Below, piece after piece: positions 11,641 through 21,070 of a stretch of DNA of 64,000 bases. A program made the translations under genes and the position numbers. Below the pieces are notes generated by a model. The model was not told the origin of the DNA and did no database searches. It was given only the letters and a program-made list of their open reading frames with translations. This DNA is from an uncultured delta proteobacterium (GTDB lineage Bacteria > Myxococcota_A > Polyangia > Polyangiales > Polyangiaceae): assembly GCA_963716725.1 (NCBI GenBank), contig CAVQUB010000030.1, positions 49,690-113,689 of the forward strand, in the 5' to 3' direction. Position 1 is the first letter of the stretch. Every line of letters begins with the position of its first letter.

Positions 11641-14570
11641 GAACCCCTCCGGAAAGCCGCTGAGTCCGACGGGTCGGCGACGCCGTTGCTTGGAAGTGGT
11701 GTGGAACTGCTGCGCGGAGCCGCTGGCTGCAGCGAGAGGCGCACGACCGCCAGCTCGCGGGCGGACACGGCGGAGTTTCGCACGCGTTCGCTGTAGCGAA
11801 AGCGCCCGGTGCACGCATCTTCGAGGGCAGCGAGGGAGTCCCGCGAAGACGCGAGCTGCCCCAGTTGCTCGGCGGCGAGCGCGCGGCTGTCCTCATGGGA
11901 CCCCAGCGTGAGCAGCCGCGAGTCCTCGAGGATCTCGACGCAGAGCTCCTCCGCCCGCGCCGGGGCCAGCGCCGCCAGTGAGAAAAGGATCTGCCGGCGC
12001 TCTTCCAGCGGCAGCTTGTCGAAGCCGGCGGATTTGACCCTCATGGCGAGGTACGGACCAGCCGCCCGGATCTGGCGTTCGCGAATGGTTCTGAGGGCCA
12101 CGTTGCGCACCTCCGGCGCCGGGTCCTCGATCAGGGCGCGGAGCTCGAGGCGCAAGCGCTCGCTGCCGGCGTCCGCGTGGGACAAGGCCTCGATGCGGAG
12201 CACCGCGTGAGGGCTCTCGGCCGCGCGCAGCATGGCCTCACGCGCAGCGGGGGTGGCCAGGCGTCCGAGGATGCGGACGAGCGCGAGGCCGGGGTCCAGA
12301 TCCGCTTCGGCGAAGGCAGCTGCCAGGACCTCTTCGTTGTTTTCGGCGGACCGGGTCAGGTAGGCGTGGACCGCATCGCCGAAAGCCGCCGCACTCCCTT
12401 GAACGAAGAGCTCGAGGACAGCGGGAACGAACGAGCCGTCGGCGACGGCCAGCAGCTCCCGCAAGAGACCGACGACGGCGCCATCGGCGTCGGGCGACGA
12501 GGCTTCGGCGAGAAGCGCCCGCAGCGCCTGATCCGAGACCACTTCTCGAGCCAAGCAGCCGCGCAGCGACGCGGCTTCGCCCGGAGCCTCTCGGTCTTCG
12601 AAGGCCGCGAAGAGGGCGCTCACCAGGCGCACCGCTGAGGAGAGGGACGACGTCGCGAGACCGTCCATGGCGGCGCGCAGTGGCACGCTGACCGCGCTCG
12701 CACTGCCAAGCGCTCGGCCGGCGCGGTAGGCATCGGCGAGGACCGGCACGAAGCGGGCGTCGAGCCGCAGCCGATCGCTGAGCTGCGCGCGCACGACCTG
12801 CAGCGTCGCCTCGTCGAGCTCGAGCGCGTGGCGTAGGTCGCCCTCCGAGGCCAGATCGCGCATCTGGAACGACTCCGCCTGGACCAAGGCCGCGCGGTCG
12901 CGGGTCTCGCCGAGCGTGAGCAAATGGCGAAGTCGTTGTTCGCGAGCTGGCGCTGTCTCTTGGGCCGGACCGCCGCGGGCATCTTGCCAGCACTCCTCCA
13001 GTTGAAAGCTCGCGTCGAAGCGCACGAGAGCGCTGACTTCGTTCGCCGCCTTTTCGAACGCGGCGCGACTGGCCTGCTCGCCCTCGCTGAAGGTGTCGAT
13101 GGCCTGATACACGATGTGCTCGAACCCGGCGTCCCAGAGCACCGTCACGAAGTCGTCGTCGGGGGCGAGATCTCGCACCCTGTCCAGCGTGATGATGCGC
13201 AACAGCTCCATCACCTCTTGGTGGCGCACGCCCCGCACGAAGCCCAAGAGGCGAAGGCCGTCGGCGAAGAGCTGGTAGGGCACGCGATCGAAGGGCGCTC
13301 GGGGTTCCCAGACGACGCTGCCCGCGAGCGTGAAGGCGTAGGGTGTGACCCGCCAGACCAAGGCGTCGTCGCTCTGCGCGAGCGCGTGCTCGCAGGCGGA
13401 CAGCGCTCGCTCGAATTGGCGGCCGGTCTCCGGGTGGCTCGCGCCGTATTGCTGGCGAGTGAAGAGCGCGTTCTCCAGCTGTCGAAATGCCTCTGCCAGC
13501 CCGGCCACGTCGCCGGACCCCGTGAAGCGCTCGTCGAAGGCGTCGAGGGCGTCGCCGCCGCTCTCCCTGGGCCTTTCTTGCGCAGGATCGGGGTTGGGTG
13601 GGGGTGCGCCCGCCGAGTCGAGTTCGAGCTTTGGGACGCGCGCGCCGGGAGCGGCCGCGGGGCCCCCGGCCGTCGGCGCCGGCACCGACTCGCGTGGCAG
13701 CTCCGAGAGCACCCGCAGCACGTCGCCGTGCATGGTCGCCGCGTCGTCGAAGCGTTTGCTCCGATCGTAGGCCAGCGCGCGATCGATGCAACGGACCACC
13801 GCTAGCGGCGCGTCGGAATGGCGCGCGAGCGATGGAGCCGGGCGAGAGGCCGCGAGGACCAAGGTCTCGTTGCCGCTCGGCGCTTCGTGCACCACGCGCC
13901 CCGTGATCAAGTTGAACGCAATGGCGCCGATGGCCCAGAGATCCGTCCGCCCGTCCACCTGGGACCATCGGCCCAGCGCCTGTTCGGGCGCCATGAAGGT
14001 CGGCGTCCCCATCAGCAGCCCGGTTCGCGTACGGCTCTGGCCCTCATCCGCCTCGACCAGGCGAGCGATGCCAAAGTCGAGGACCTTGATCTCACCCTCG
14101 CGGGTCAGAAAGATGTTCTCGGGCTTCAGATCGCGATGCACGATGCCGACCGCGTGGGCCTCCTCCATCACGTCGAGCACCCGCTCGACGAGGCGCATGA
14201 CCTCGCCGGCGGGCAGCTTGCCGCCTCGGCGAACCCGAACCTGCTCGAGGGATTCGCCATCGAGTAGCTCCATCACCAAGAAGGGCAGCCCGTCTTCGGT
14301 GCAGGCGTCGTCGTCGATGCGCACGACGCCCGGGTGATGGATCTTGTTGGCGATGTAGGCCTCGCGCAGGAAGCGCTCACGCACCTGGGGCGTCGACGAA
14401 TGCGCGGCGTGGAGCAGCTTCAGCGCGGCCGAGCGCCCGTTCTTGTGGGTTGCCGCGTACACCGCGGCCATGCCGCCGACGCCGAGCAGGCGATCGATGT
14501 CCCACTTGCTCGCGAGTCGGCTTCCGACCCGCGCCTGGCACTCGGCTTCGACGAGCCCCTCGCTCCCCAT
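11637..14570 (-). CDS. Ser/Thr protein kinase fused to a large helical/HEAT-repeat region
   Basis: LGVGGMAAVY, AALK, HRDLKPEN, DFG, GTPTFMAPEQ, DLWAIG; HEAT-like LIEDPAPEVRNVALRTI; no clear TM segment. Confidence 0.9.
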   Translation of the reverse strand: MGSEGLVEAECQARVGSRLASKWDIDRLLGVGGMAAVYAATHKNGRSAALKLLHAAHSSTPQVRERFLREAYIANKIHHPGVVRIDDDACTEDGLPFLVMELLDGESLEQVRVRRGGKLPAGEVMRLVERVLDVMEEAHAVGIVHRDLKPENIFLTREGEIKVLDFGIARLVEADEGQSRTRTGLLMGTPTFMAPEQALGRWSQVDGRTDLWAIGAIAFNLITGRVVHEAPSGNETLVLAASRPAPSLARHSDAPLAVVRCIDRALAYDRSKRFDDAATMHGDVLRVLSELPRESVPAPTAGGPAAAPGARVPKLELDSAGAPPPNPDPAQERPRESGGDALDAFDERFTGSGDVAGLAEAFRQLENALFTRQQYGASHPETGRQFERALSACEHALAQSDDALVWRVTPYAFTLAGSVVWEPRAPFDRVPYQLFADGLRLLGFVRGVRHQEVMELLRIITLDRVRDLAPDDDFVTVLWDAGFEHIVYQAIDTFSEGEQASRAAFEKAANEVSALVRFDASFQLEECWQDARGGPAQETAPAREQRLRHLLTLGETRDRAALVQAESFQMRDLASEGDLRHALELDEATLQVVRAQLSDRLRLDARFVPVLADAYRAGRALGSASAVSVPLRAAMDGLATSSLSSAVRLVSALFAAFEDREAPGEAASLRGCLAREVVSDQALRALLAEASSPDADGAVVGLLRELLAVADGSFVPAVLELFVQGSAAAFGDAVHAYLTRSAENNEEVLAAAFAEADLDPGLALVRILGRLATPAAREAMLRAAESPHAVLRIEALSHADAGSERLRLELRALIEDPAPEVRNVALRTIRERQIRAAGPYLAMRVKSAGFDKLPLEERRQILFSLAALAPARAEELCVEILEDSRLLTLGSHEDSRALAAEQLGQLASSRDSLAALEDACTGRFRYSERVRNSAVSARELAVVRLSLQPAAPRSSSTPLPSNGVADPSDSAAFRRGS

Positions 14571-14632
14571 TCTTCTGCCCCAGCAGCCCCGCGAAGCTAC
14601 GGCGTGGTCCGCTCGACGGCAAGACCCTGGCG

Positions 14633-15136
14633 TCAGGGGCGCGGTTCGGGCTCGGCCCGGGTTTCGGCCCCGATCTCGAGGCGTTCGACCCGGTACCCGT
14701 CTCGATCGCGCAGCATCTGCGCGGATCCCGCGCGCGGAGCGGCGTGCAGATCCCGCACATGGGAGTCGGATACGAGCACTTCGAACGACACGAGCGATCG
14801 CAGGTCGTCGATCCGAGATGTGCGAATCTCGCGCAACGTGATCACCGGGGTGCGGGCGCGAACGAATGCGAGGGTCTTGCCGATGACCTCGGCGCGCCCC
14901 TGGAGCTCTTCGCCACTCGGAAGCAGGACGCTCACCTCCGCGGTGAGCAGGGTCGTCAGCTCGACCGTCAGGCGCGCGCTCCGCGCCTCGGGGGTCTCAC
15001 TCGCCCGGGGAGCCAGCGCTGTTGCGAGGCGGTCGAAGGCGGCGCGGGCGTCTTCAGTAGCGCTCTTGGGCCGCGCCAGCAGGAGCAGCACGCCCACGGC
15101 GACTGCGGCGACAAAGGCCCAACGGCCGCGGGTCAC
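14633..15136 (-). CDS. Membrane-anchored hypothetical protein, possibly NTF2/SnoaL-like
   Basis: N-terminal TM helix; LLTAEVSV..ELQGRAEV..RDGYRVERL pattern; GGAGG upstream. Confidence 0.6.
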   Translation of the reverse strand: MTRGRWAFVAAVAVGVLLLLARPKSATEDARAAFDRLATALAPRASETPEARSARLTVELTTLLTAEVSVLLPSGEELQGRAEVIGKTLAFVRARTPVITLREIRTSRIDDLRSLVSFEVLVSDSHVRDLHAAPRAGSAQMLRDRDGYRVERLEIGAETRAEPEPRP

Positions 15137-15367
15137 GTCGCCCTCCCGGCCGACCTGATCGTCTCGTGGCTCCCAGGCGCTGGCATCGGCTGCGAGCTTA
15201 GATCGGACGTGGCAGCGGCAGCGAGGGTCGCGAGAGCCTGACTCGCGCCGGGAGCCGCAGCGACCTAGTCGCCGTCGGGTCTCATCGTGGAAACGCTGCC
15301 TCGGGCCAGCGCGCGCGAATCCACGAGAGACGTCGGATCGATCAGAAACTTCGGATCGATGATCCGG

Positions 15368-16471
15368 TCATCCGCCGAGAAACCAGCGCACTCGCTCGAT
15401 CTCCGAGTCGAGTTCGCGATGGAACGCGCGATCGCGCGGCGGGCGGCCCGTGACGTAGCCGACATCGACCATGAGCGCGCCATCCCGCTCTGCCAGGTTG
15501 CCCCAGCCGACGACTCGATCGCGAAACAGTAGTGGCAGCGCGTAGTACCCGAGCTTGCGCTTCTTGGCCGGAGTGTAGGCCTCGAATCGGTACGCCCAGC
15601 CCCAGAAGAGCTCGAAACGATGTCGATCCCAGACGACCGGGTCGAAGGGTGCGACGAAGCGGGCCCGTTCGACCGGCGAGTCGGCGACGTCGCGAGGCTC
15701 TTCGCCCTCCGGCCAGTACCAGTCGACGCTTCCGGCCCGGGCACGTGGGAGCGTGGTGCGTGCCCGAGCGAGCGCAGCACGAAGCTCCGTCACGAGCTGC
15801 GGCGCCGAGTGGCGCAATCGGCTGGCGAGCTGCCCGAGCGTCGCGGCGGGCACCGGCGCATACAGCTTCAAGGCCAGCGCGAGCAGCGCCTCGGCCTGTT
15901 GCCGGCGCGTCTCGGCGGAGCAGCGCCCTCGCCAAGGCTTTCGCGCCGCGTACACCCGGATCCCGGCTTCCCGTCGGACCACCCGCAAGAGCCCGCGGTA
16001 GTGCATCCCGTCGAGCAGGTGCGTAGTGGCGTTCGAAGTGCCACCCCAGTAGTTCTGGACCGTGCCGTGCGCGAAGCGCTCGTCGACCTCGCGCGGATGC
16101 GCTTCGCCCCGCTCCCTAACGAACGCGAGCACCCGTGCGGAGAGCCGGCGCGTCGGCGCGTCCCATGTCCGCTGCGGAGTGCGCGGGTGCATCAGCTCCA
16201 GGTGCCGGCGCGGCAAAAACCCGTAGTTGACGAAATGGTCTTCTTCCACGGGAAGCTCCTCGTAGGCGCGATCGAGATCGCCCACGCGGTAGCCTGCCAG
16301 CCGGTGCCGAAGCGTGAGATCCTGCGCCCGAGCCGGCGCGCGGATCGGATCAGCTTGTACGAAACCCAGGCGGTCGATGGCGCGCGCCAAGGTCGTGGAC
16401 TCCACGAAGCTCCTTGCCACCGCGAAGCGCCGGAGGTCTGGCAGGCTCAGAGCTCGTGTTCGAGGCGACAT
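15368..16471 (-). CDS. AlkZ/YcaQ-like (HTH_42) DNA glycosylase
   Basis: FVQADPI (QxD), APFDPVVWDR, FWGWAYRFEAYTPAKKRKLGYYALPLL. Confidence 0.88.
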   Translation of the reverse strand: MSPRTRALSLPDLRRFAVARSFVESTTLARAIDRLGFVQADPIRAPARAQDLTLRHRLAGYRVGDLDRAYEELPVEEDHFVNYGFLPRRHLELMHPRTPQRTWDAPTRRLSARVLAFVRERGEAHPREVDERFAHGTVQNYWGGTSNATTHLLDGMHYRGLLRVVRREAGIRVYAARKPWRGRCSAETRRQQAEALLALALKLYAPVPAATLGQLASRLRHSAPQLVTELRAALARARTTLPRARAGSVDWYWPEGEEPRDVADSPVERARFVAPFDPVVWDRHRFELFWGWAYRFEAYTPAKKRKLGYYALPLLFRDRVVGWGNLAERDGALMVDVGYVTGRPPRDRAFHRELDSEIERVRWFLGG

Positions 16472-16554
16472 GCTGGCGGAAGCGGAACCAAACCGCTCGA
16501 AGGCTACGCCCGCGCGGGGCTAAGGTCGAGGCGGCCCATCGCGCCTGGGTCTGA

Positions 16555-16803
16555 TCCGGTGGAGCGATCGCGCACAAGTACCCCAACAACGGCACAGCGA
16601 CGGGCACGGGCGGCGACGCCAAGGGCACGATCACGATCGTGACGACCGGAACCGTCGCCAATCCGGAGTACGTCTACGTCACCGCGACGAAGACGAGCTG
16701 CAAGCTCGGGCTCAACGGCGCCGACAAGCTGTTCCTCACCGGGCGCACACCGGTGGCGATCAACGTCGCGACGACCGGCGGCGGGTTCGAACTCAGCAAC
16801 TGA
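16555..16803 (+). pseudogene. Start-less gene remnant (Thr/Gly-rich)
   Basis: 83 codons with strong third-position GC bias (SGGAIAHKYPNNGTATGTGGDAKGTITIV...GGGFELSN*), preceded immediately by in-frame TGA at 16552-16554. Confidence 0.5.
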
Positions 16804-16853
16804 GCATCTTCAGCGCCACTCCCGGATAGGCCGCTGGTGAAGGCTCAGTCAGG

Positions 16854-18227
16854 CTAGGCGCCCGCAGCATTCTTGATCGCCGCGGCGACGCTCGCTGGCA
16901 GACCCGAGCCATCCACAGCACGGAGCAGTTCGTTCGTTCGTTCGGGGTTCGCCGCCGACAGCCGCGCAGCGTTGTCCGCAAACCACGCCGCGTCGTTCTG
17001 CACGAGCGCGATGAACAACACCTTGCTGGAGCGTTTGGGGTCGAGTGCGAAGGAGTGCGCGAGCTCGCGCAGCGCCGGGTTGACCGGGAACTCAGATCCG
17101 GAAACCCGCCACACGAGGAACTCGAGCGTCCTCTCGAAGTTCATCACGCCGAGCGGGTTCGGCACGTCGACGAACAGTTCGGGGTGCTGGCCGAGCAAGA
17201 CGTCCGCGTGCATGTGATTGGCGAAGTGCGGCGCGTTGACGAAGAACTGCACCGCGCGCGATCGGATCCTCGCGTCGGGGTGGGTGAGGTGCGCGGCTGC
17301 CGCCGCGACCACGGGCTCTTGGTGCGGCGTGCCCTCGAGGCGGATCGCGAGCCGGGCAGCCCACACTCCATCGCGCTGGTCGCTCTCGCGCAGGTCCGCC
17401 GGCAGCTCGTTCGCCAGCGCTCGCGCGACGACCCCGGCGAGGTTGTCGGCGGTGACGCTCACACCATCGAACACATGCGGCAGCTCGGCGATGGGATGGC
17501 CGACGCAGGTCCACTGCGTCGCGACTTGTACGCCCTCCTTGTCGTCGAGGGGGCGCTCGCCACCCTCGAGGTGATACGCGCAGTGACACACGTAGAGCCG
17601 AAACTGCGTGCTCGGCACGAGCAGGGTGGAAGCGCCGAGGTCCTCGAACAGCGCCCGGGTGTCGATGCCACCGTGCACCTCCCGCGGGATCACGCCGCCG
17701 ACGCTGCGCACCTTCTGATAGCACAGTCCGCACATCAGGTTCGTGCAGCCGAGCTTGGGCAGGATGGGCGCATCGTGATCGCTGGGATCGGACGCGAGCG
17801 TGCGACTGTCGACGACCCAACCATCGTTCGAGCATAGGTTTCTCGTGCAGGCCCCGGGCTTTTTCCACGCGGCAGGCCAGTCATCGATCGCGTAGACCCC
17901 TTGTCCGTCGATGTGCAGCAGGTACATCGCTTCATCGGGGAAGGCACCCAGCCGGATCGTGAGCTCGTGCCCGCCCACGGCGAGTCGATACGGCTCTTCG
18001 TTATCGCCGGTCGATTCCCAGCGCAGCGCTGCGGTCGCGTAGCCCTCGAGGAGCGGCTGCCGAAGTCGATCGAGCAGATTCATGTACGCCGCCCGCTCGA
18101 CTTGCGGGGCGGAGACCATCGCTCCGGTGGCCGGATCGAGCGCGAGGACGTCGGCACCTCCGTCCTTCGCCACGACCTTGATGGGGCGACCATCGATGAC
18201 GAAGTACCAGGGATAGGGACTCGACAT
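16854..18227 (-). CDS. Multi-domain hypothetical protein with Cys clusters
   Basis: 457-aa ORF, GGAGAGG upstream; W-rich module (WESTGD..PY..IRLGAFPDE..DDWPAAW), CxxC/CHC clusters, helical tail. Confidence 0.75.
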   Translation of the reverse strand: MSSPYPWYFVIDGRPIKVVAKDGGADVLALDPATGAMVSAPQVERAAYMNLLDRLRQPLLEGYATAALRWESTGDNEEPYRLAVGGHELTIRLGAFPDEAMYLLHIDGQGVYAIDDWPAAWKKPGACTRNLCSNDGWVVDSRTLASDPSDHDAPILPKLGCTNLMCGLCYQKVRSVGGVIPREVHGGIDTRALFEDLGASTLLVPSTQFRLYVCHCAYHLEGGERPLDDKEGVQVATQWTCVGHPIAELPHVFDGVSVTADNLAGVVARALANELPADLRESDQRDGVWAARLAIRLEGTPHQEPVVAAAAAHLTHPDARIRSRAVQFFVNAPHFANHMHADVLLGQHPELFVDVPNPLGVMNFERTLEFLVWRVSGSEFPVNPALRELAHSFALDPKRSSKVLFIALVQNDAAWFADNAARLSAANPERTNELLRAVDGSGLPASVAAAIKNAAGA

Positions 18228-18556
18228 GCGCAGACTCTACCTCTCCGTGACCTCCGTGCCGATCAGCTCGCGGATGGTCGCGATCTCCCGCGCGCGTGCC
18301 GACCGTGACGCGGTTGCGGGCGCGAGTGTCATCACGGTCTGCCGGGGACGCTGGATGCTGGGCGGACTGAGCCTGCGCACGGTCTACGTCAGCTTCGTGC
18401 GCGGCGAGGTAGCCGCCGTGAAGCTGCTGAATCGGCCGCCCACTCGGCCGACGACGCACCGGCACGCTCGGGGCCAAGGGCGGAAAAAGCGATATTCCTG
18501 CCGAATCCGCCCGAGGCTCCGCAGGCCGCCCGCCCCGCTCTATGATCCTTCGTCGA

Positions 18557-20365
18557 GTGCCCCTTCGCATCGCGCTTCTGTACCCGCCGCCGTGGAAGAT
18601 CACCACGGAGGGCGAAGCTCCGGCTCCGAGCGGGGAAGGGCCGCCAGCGGACCACGCCCCGGGCGATCTCGACTCGGACTTCTTCCAGACGCCTTACGGT
18701 TTGTTCTCCCTCGGAGCGCAGGCGATCCGCGCGGGTCACCGCGTCAAGGTGCTGAATCTCTCCGGGTTCGCTTGGTCGCGGGTCGAAGAGGTGATCCGCG
18801 CTCTTTCTGCCGACGTCTACGGGTTGTCGTGTTGGACCGCGAATCGCCGGGGCGTGGGCTACGTGGCGCGCTTCATCAAAGAGCACCAGCCCGGCGCGAC
18901 CGTGGTGGTCGGTGGCCCGCACGCCACGCCACTGGCGAGCGAAATGCTCGCGCATCACGCCTCCATCGATCTGGTCACGCGGGGCGAGTCGGAGGAGAGC
19001 TTCCACGAGATCCTCGAGCGAGTCGAGGCGAAGCAGCCCCTCGCGGGCATCGCCGGCACGGTGTTCCGATCCGACGGCAAGCCCGAGATCGGTTCTAAGC
19101 GCCCTGCCATCGCGAACTTGGATCTGCTCGAGTCCCCGCACCGGCATTTTGACACGCACATCGTGATGACGTCGCGGGGCTGTCCTTGGCAGTGCACGTT
19201 CTGCGGCGCGGAGACCAGCTGGGGTCGTGGCTACCGCGCGCAGAGCATCGACTACGTCGTCGACGCCTTGGCCAGCGCGCTCGGGCGGGTGCCGGTCCGG
19301 ATGATCCAGATCAAGGACGACACCTTCACGACCAACCAGAAGCGCGTGAAGCAGCTTTGTCAGGCCATCCGCGCCCGAGGCCTGTCGTTGTTGTGGAGCT
19401 GTGACACGCGCGTGGACGTGCTCAGCGAAGAGCTCTTGACCGAGATGCGTCTGGCCGGTTGCCAGCGATTGAGCCTCGGAGTGGAGAGCGGATCCCAGTC
19501 GATCCTCGACGCCATCAACAAGAAGATCAGCGTGCAAGAGATCGTCGACGCCGCCGCGATGGCGAAGCGCGTCGGTATCCGCGTGCGTTTCTACATGATG
19601 CTCGGGAACCGCGGCGAGACCGCCGCGACCTTTCGCGAGAGCCTCGACTTCCTCGAGCGCGCCGCCCCACACGAGTATCTGTTCTCGTGTCTCTCGATCT
19701 ACCCGGGCACTCCGGATTTCGACGCGGCCCAGAGCGCGGGCTGGCTCGATCCAGAAGTCTACTTCAGCGGCGCGTTCCAAGAGCTGAAGACGCCCTTCGA
19801 CGCCACTCCTGAGGACGCGAAGCTGATGAGCGAGTGGTTCGCGCAGAACAAGGGCCTGCGCATCGGGTTCCGGGAGAGCGCCGCCGACTTCCGCGAGATC
19901 CTGGATCGACTTGGGGATCACCACGCCGCTCACCTGGATTTGGCCGGCGCGCTCTACGACGAGGGCGACCTCGACGGGGCCGAGGCGCACGTCCGACGCG
20001 CCCTCGATCTTGCTCATCCGTGCCCGGGGCTCTGCCTCAACATTCTCGGCTGCATCGCCTATCGGCGGGGAGACCTGCCGGCGATGCAGGAGTACTTCCT
20101 CCGGGCAGCGAAGACCGATCCACAGCACGCCGTCTTGATCCAAAATGTGCAGCGGACTCGGACCTGGTTCAAGCAGCGCGGCCCCGAGCGCCAGCTCCCG
20201 CTCGAGCTCGAGGCGCACCATGAGTTCGTGTTGCTCGAGCGAAACACGCAGCCCACGTTGCCTGGGCCGTTGGCGGAGGACTTCGCCGTCTGGAAGGACC
20301 ACGAGCGCGAAGGCCCCGAGCTGGCGACCGGCGGGCGACTGCGGGTGGTCGGGAGCTCGGGCTAG
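18557..20365 (+). CDS. B12-binding radical SAM protein with C-terminal TPR-like region
   Basis: PYGLFSLGA, VVVGGPHAT, VTRGESEE, TSRGCPWQCTFC, DDTFT, LGVESGSQ, YPGTP; GTG 18557 preferred (TATGAT 10 nt upstream), ATG 18542 possible. Confidence 0.88.
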   Translation: MPLRIALLYPPPWKITTEGEAPAPSGEGPPADHAPGDLDSDFFQTPYGLFSLGAQAIRAGHRVKVLNLSGFAWSRVEEVIRALSADVYGLSCWTANRRGVGYVARFIKEHQPGATVVVGGPHATPLASEMLAHHASIDLVTRGESEESFHEILERVEAKQPLAGIAGTVFRSDGKPEIGSKRPAIANLDLLESPHRHFDTHIVMTSRGCPWQCTFCGAETSWGRGYRAQSIDYVVDALASALGRVPVRMIQIKDDTFTTNQKRVKQLCQAIRARGLSLLWSCDTRVDVLSEELLTEMRLAGCQRLSLGVESGSQSILDAINKKISVQEIVDAAAMAKRVGIRVRFYMMLGNRGETAATFRESLDFLERAAPHEYLFSCLSIYPGTPDFDAAQSAGWLDPEVYFSGAFQELKTPFDATPEDAKLMSEWFAQNKGLRIGFRESAADFREILDRLGDHHAAHLDLAGALYDEGDLDGAEAHVRRALDLAHPCPGLCLNILGCIAYRRGDLPAMQEYFLRAAKTDPQHAVLIQNVQRTRTWFKQRGPERQLPLELEAHHEFVLLERNTQPTLPGPLAEDFAVWKDHEREGPELATGGRLRVVGSSG

Positions 20366-20471
20366 GGATCTCGCGGCGGGTCCGACGGCCACGCGGGCCG
20401 GCGCACCCGGGGCCGACGACGGCGCCCGCATGCCGCGGCGGGACGAGTTGCCCGCCCCCGGCCGCGCGGGT

Positions 20472-21020
20472 ATGTCCGTCGCGGGAGAGAGGTGCGATTT
20501 GGATCCCGGCCTGCAAGAAGCGCTGGCTGCGCTCGGACTGACGTCACGGAACTACCGGGTGCTGATGCTCCTGCCTCTGGTCTACGTGGCCTGGGCCGAC
20601 GGCCGCATGGAGGCCGTCGAGATCGAGCGCATCGACGACATTGCGCGAGAGAAGTTCCGCCTCGACAAGCGCGGCGTCGACATCCTCGACGGCTGGCTCG
20701 CCGAGCGCCCCCCACAGAGTTACTTCGATGACGGGCTTCAGAGCCTGTTCCTCCTGGCCCAAACCGAAGACGGTGAGCCGTTGATTCACCCCGAGGAACT
20801 CTCGGATCTATTGCTCCACGCCGAATCCATCGCACGGGCGACCGCCCACGCTCTCGACGCGCCCACTACCGTGACGAAAGAGGAGGAGGCTGCGCTTGCC
20901 GAGATCGCCATGCTGCTCGAAGTCGACAACGGCATCAGCTGGAGGAAGCTGCTCGACGAGCTGGACGCTGGACCGGCGTCGGTCGAGCGCGGGCGCATGC
21001 CGCCATCGCGACGGCTCTGA
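20472..21020 (+). CDS. TerB-like protein
   Basis: LLPLVYVAWADGRMEAVEIERI and VTKEEEAALAEIA; start uncertain. Confidence 0.65.
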   Translation: MSVAGERCDLDPGLQEALAALGLTSRNYRVLMLLPLVYVAWADGRMEAVEIERIDDIAREKFRLDKRGVDILDGWLAERPPQSYFDDGLQSLFLLAQTEDGEPLIHPEELSDLLLHAESIARATAHALDAPTTVTKEEEAALAEIAMLLEVDNGISWRKLLDELDAGPASVERGRMPPSRRL

Positions 21021-21070
21021 AGTTCAGAGGGCGCAGCGTTTGATGCTCGCGCTCTGCCAGAGCTTCGGGC

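Noticed and set aside
15333..15367. Repeated TCGGATCGAT downstream of the AlkZ-like gene
   Set aside because: Two short copies only, with no supportable function.
18237..18332. 31-aa minus-strand ORF MTLAPATASRSARAREIATIRELIGTEVTER as a precursor for the B12 radical SAM enzyme
   Set aside because: No ribosome-binding site or precursor features; may be a remnant or chance.
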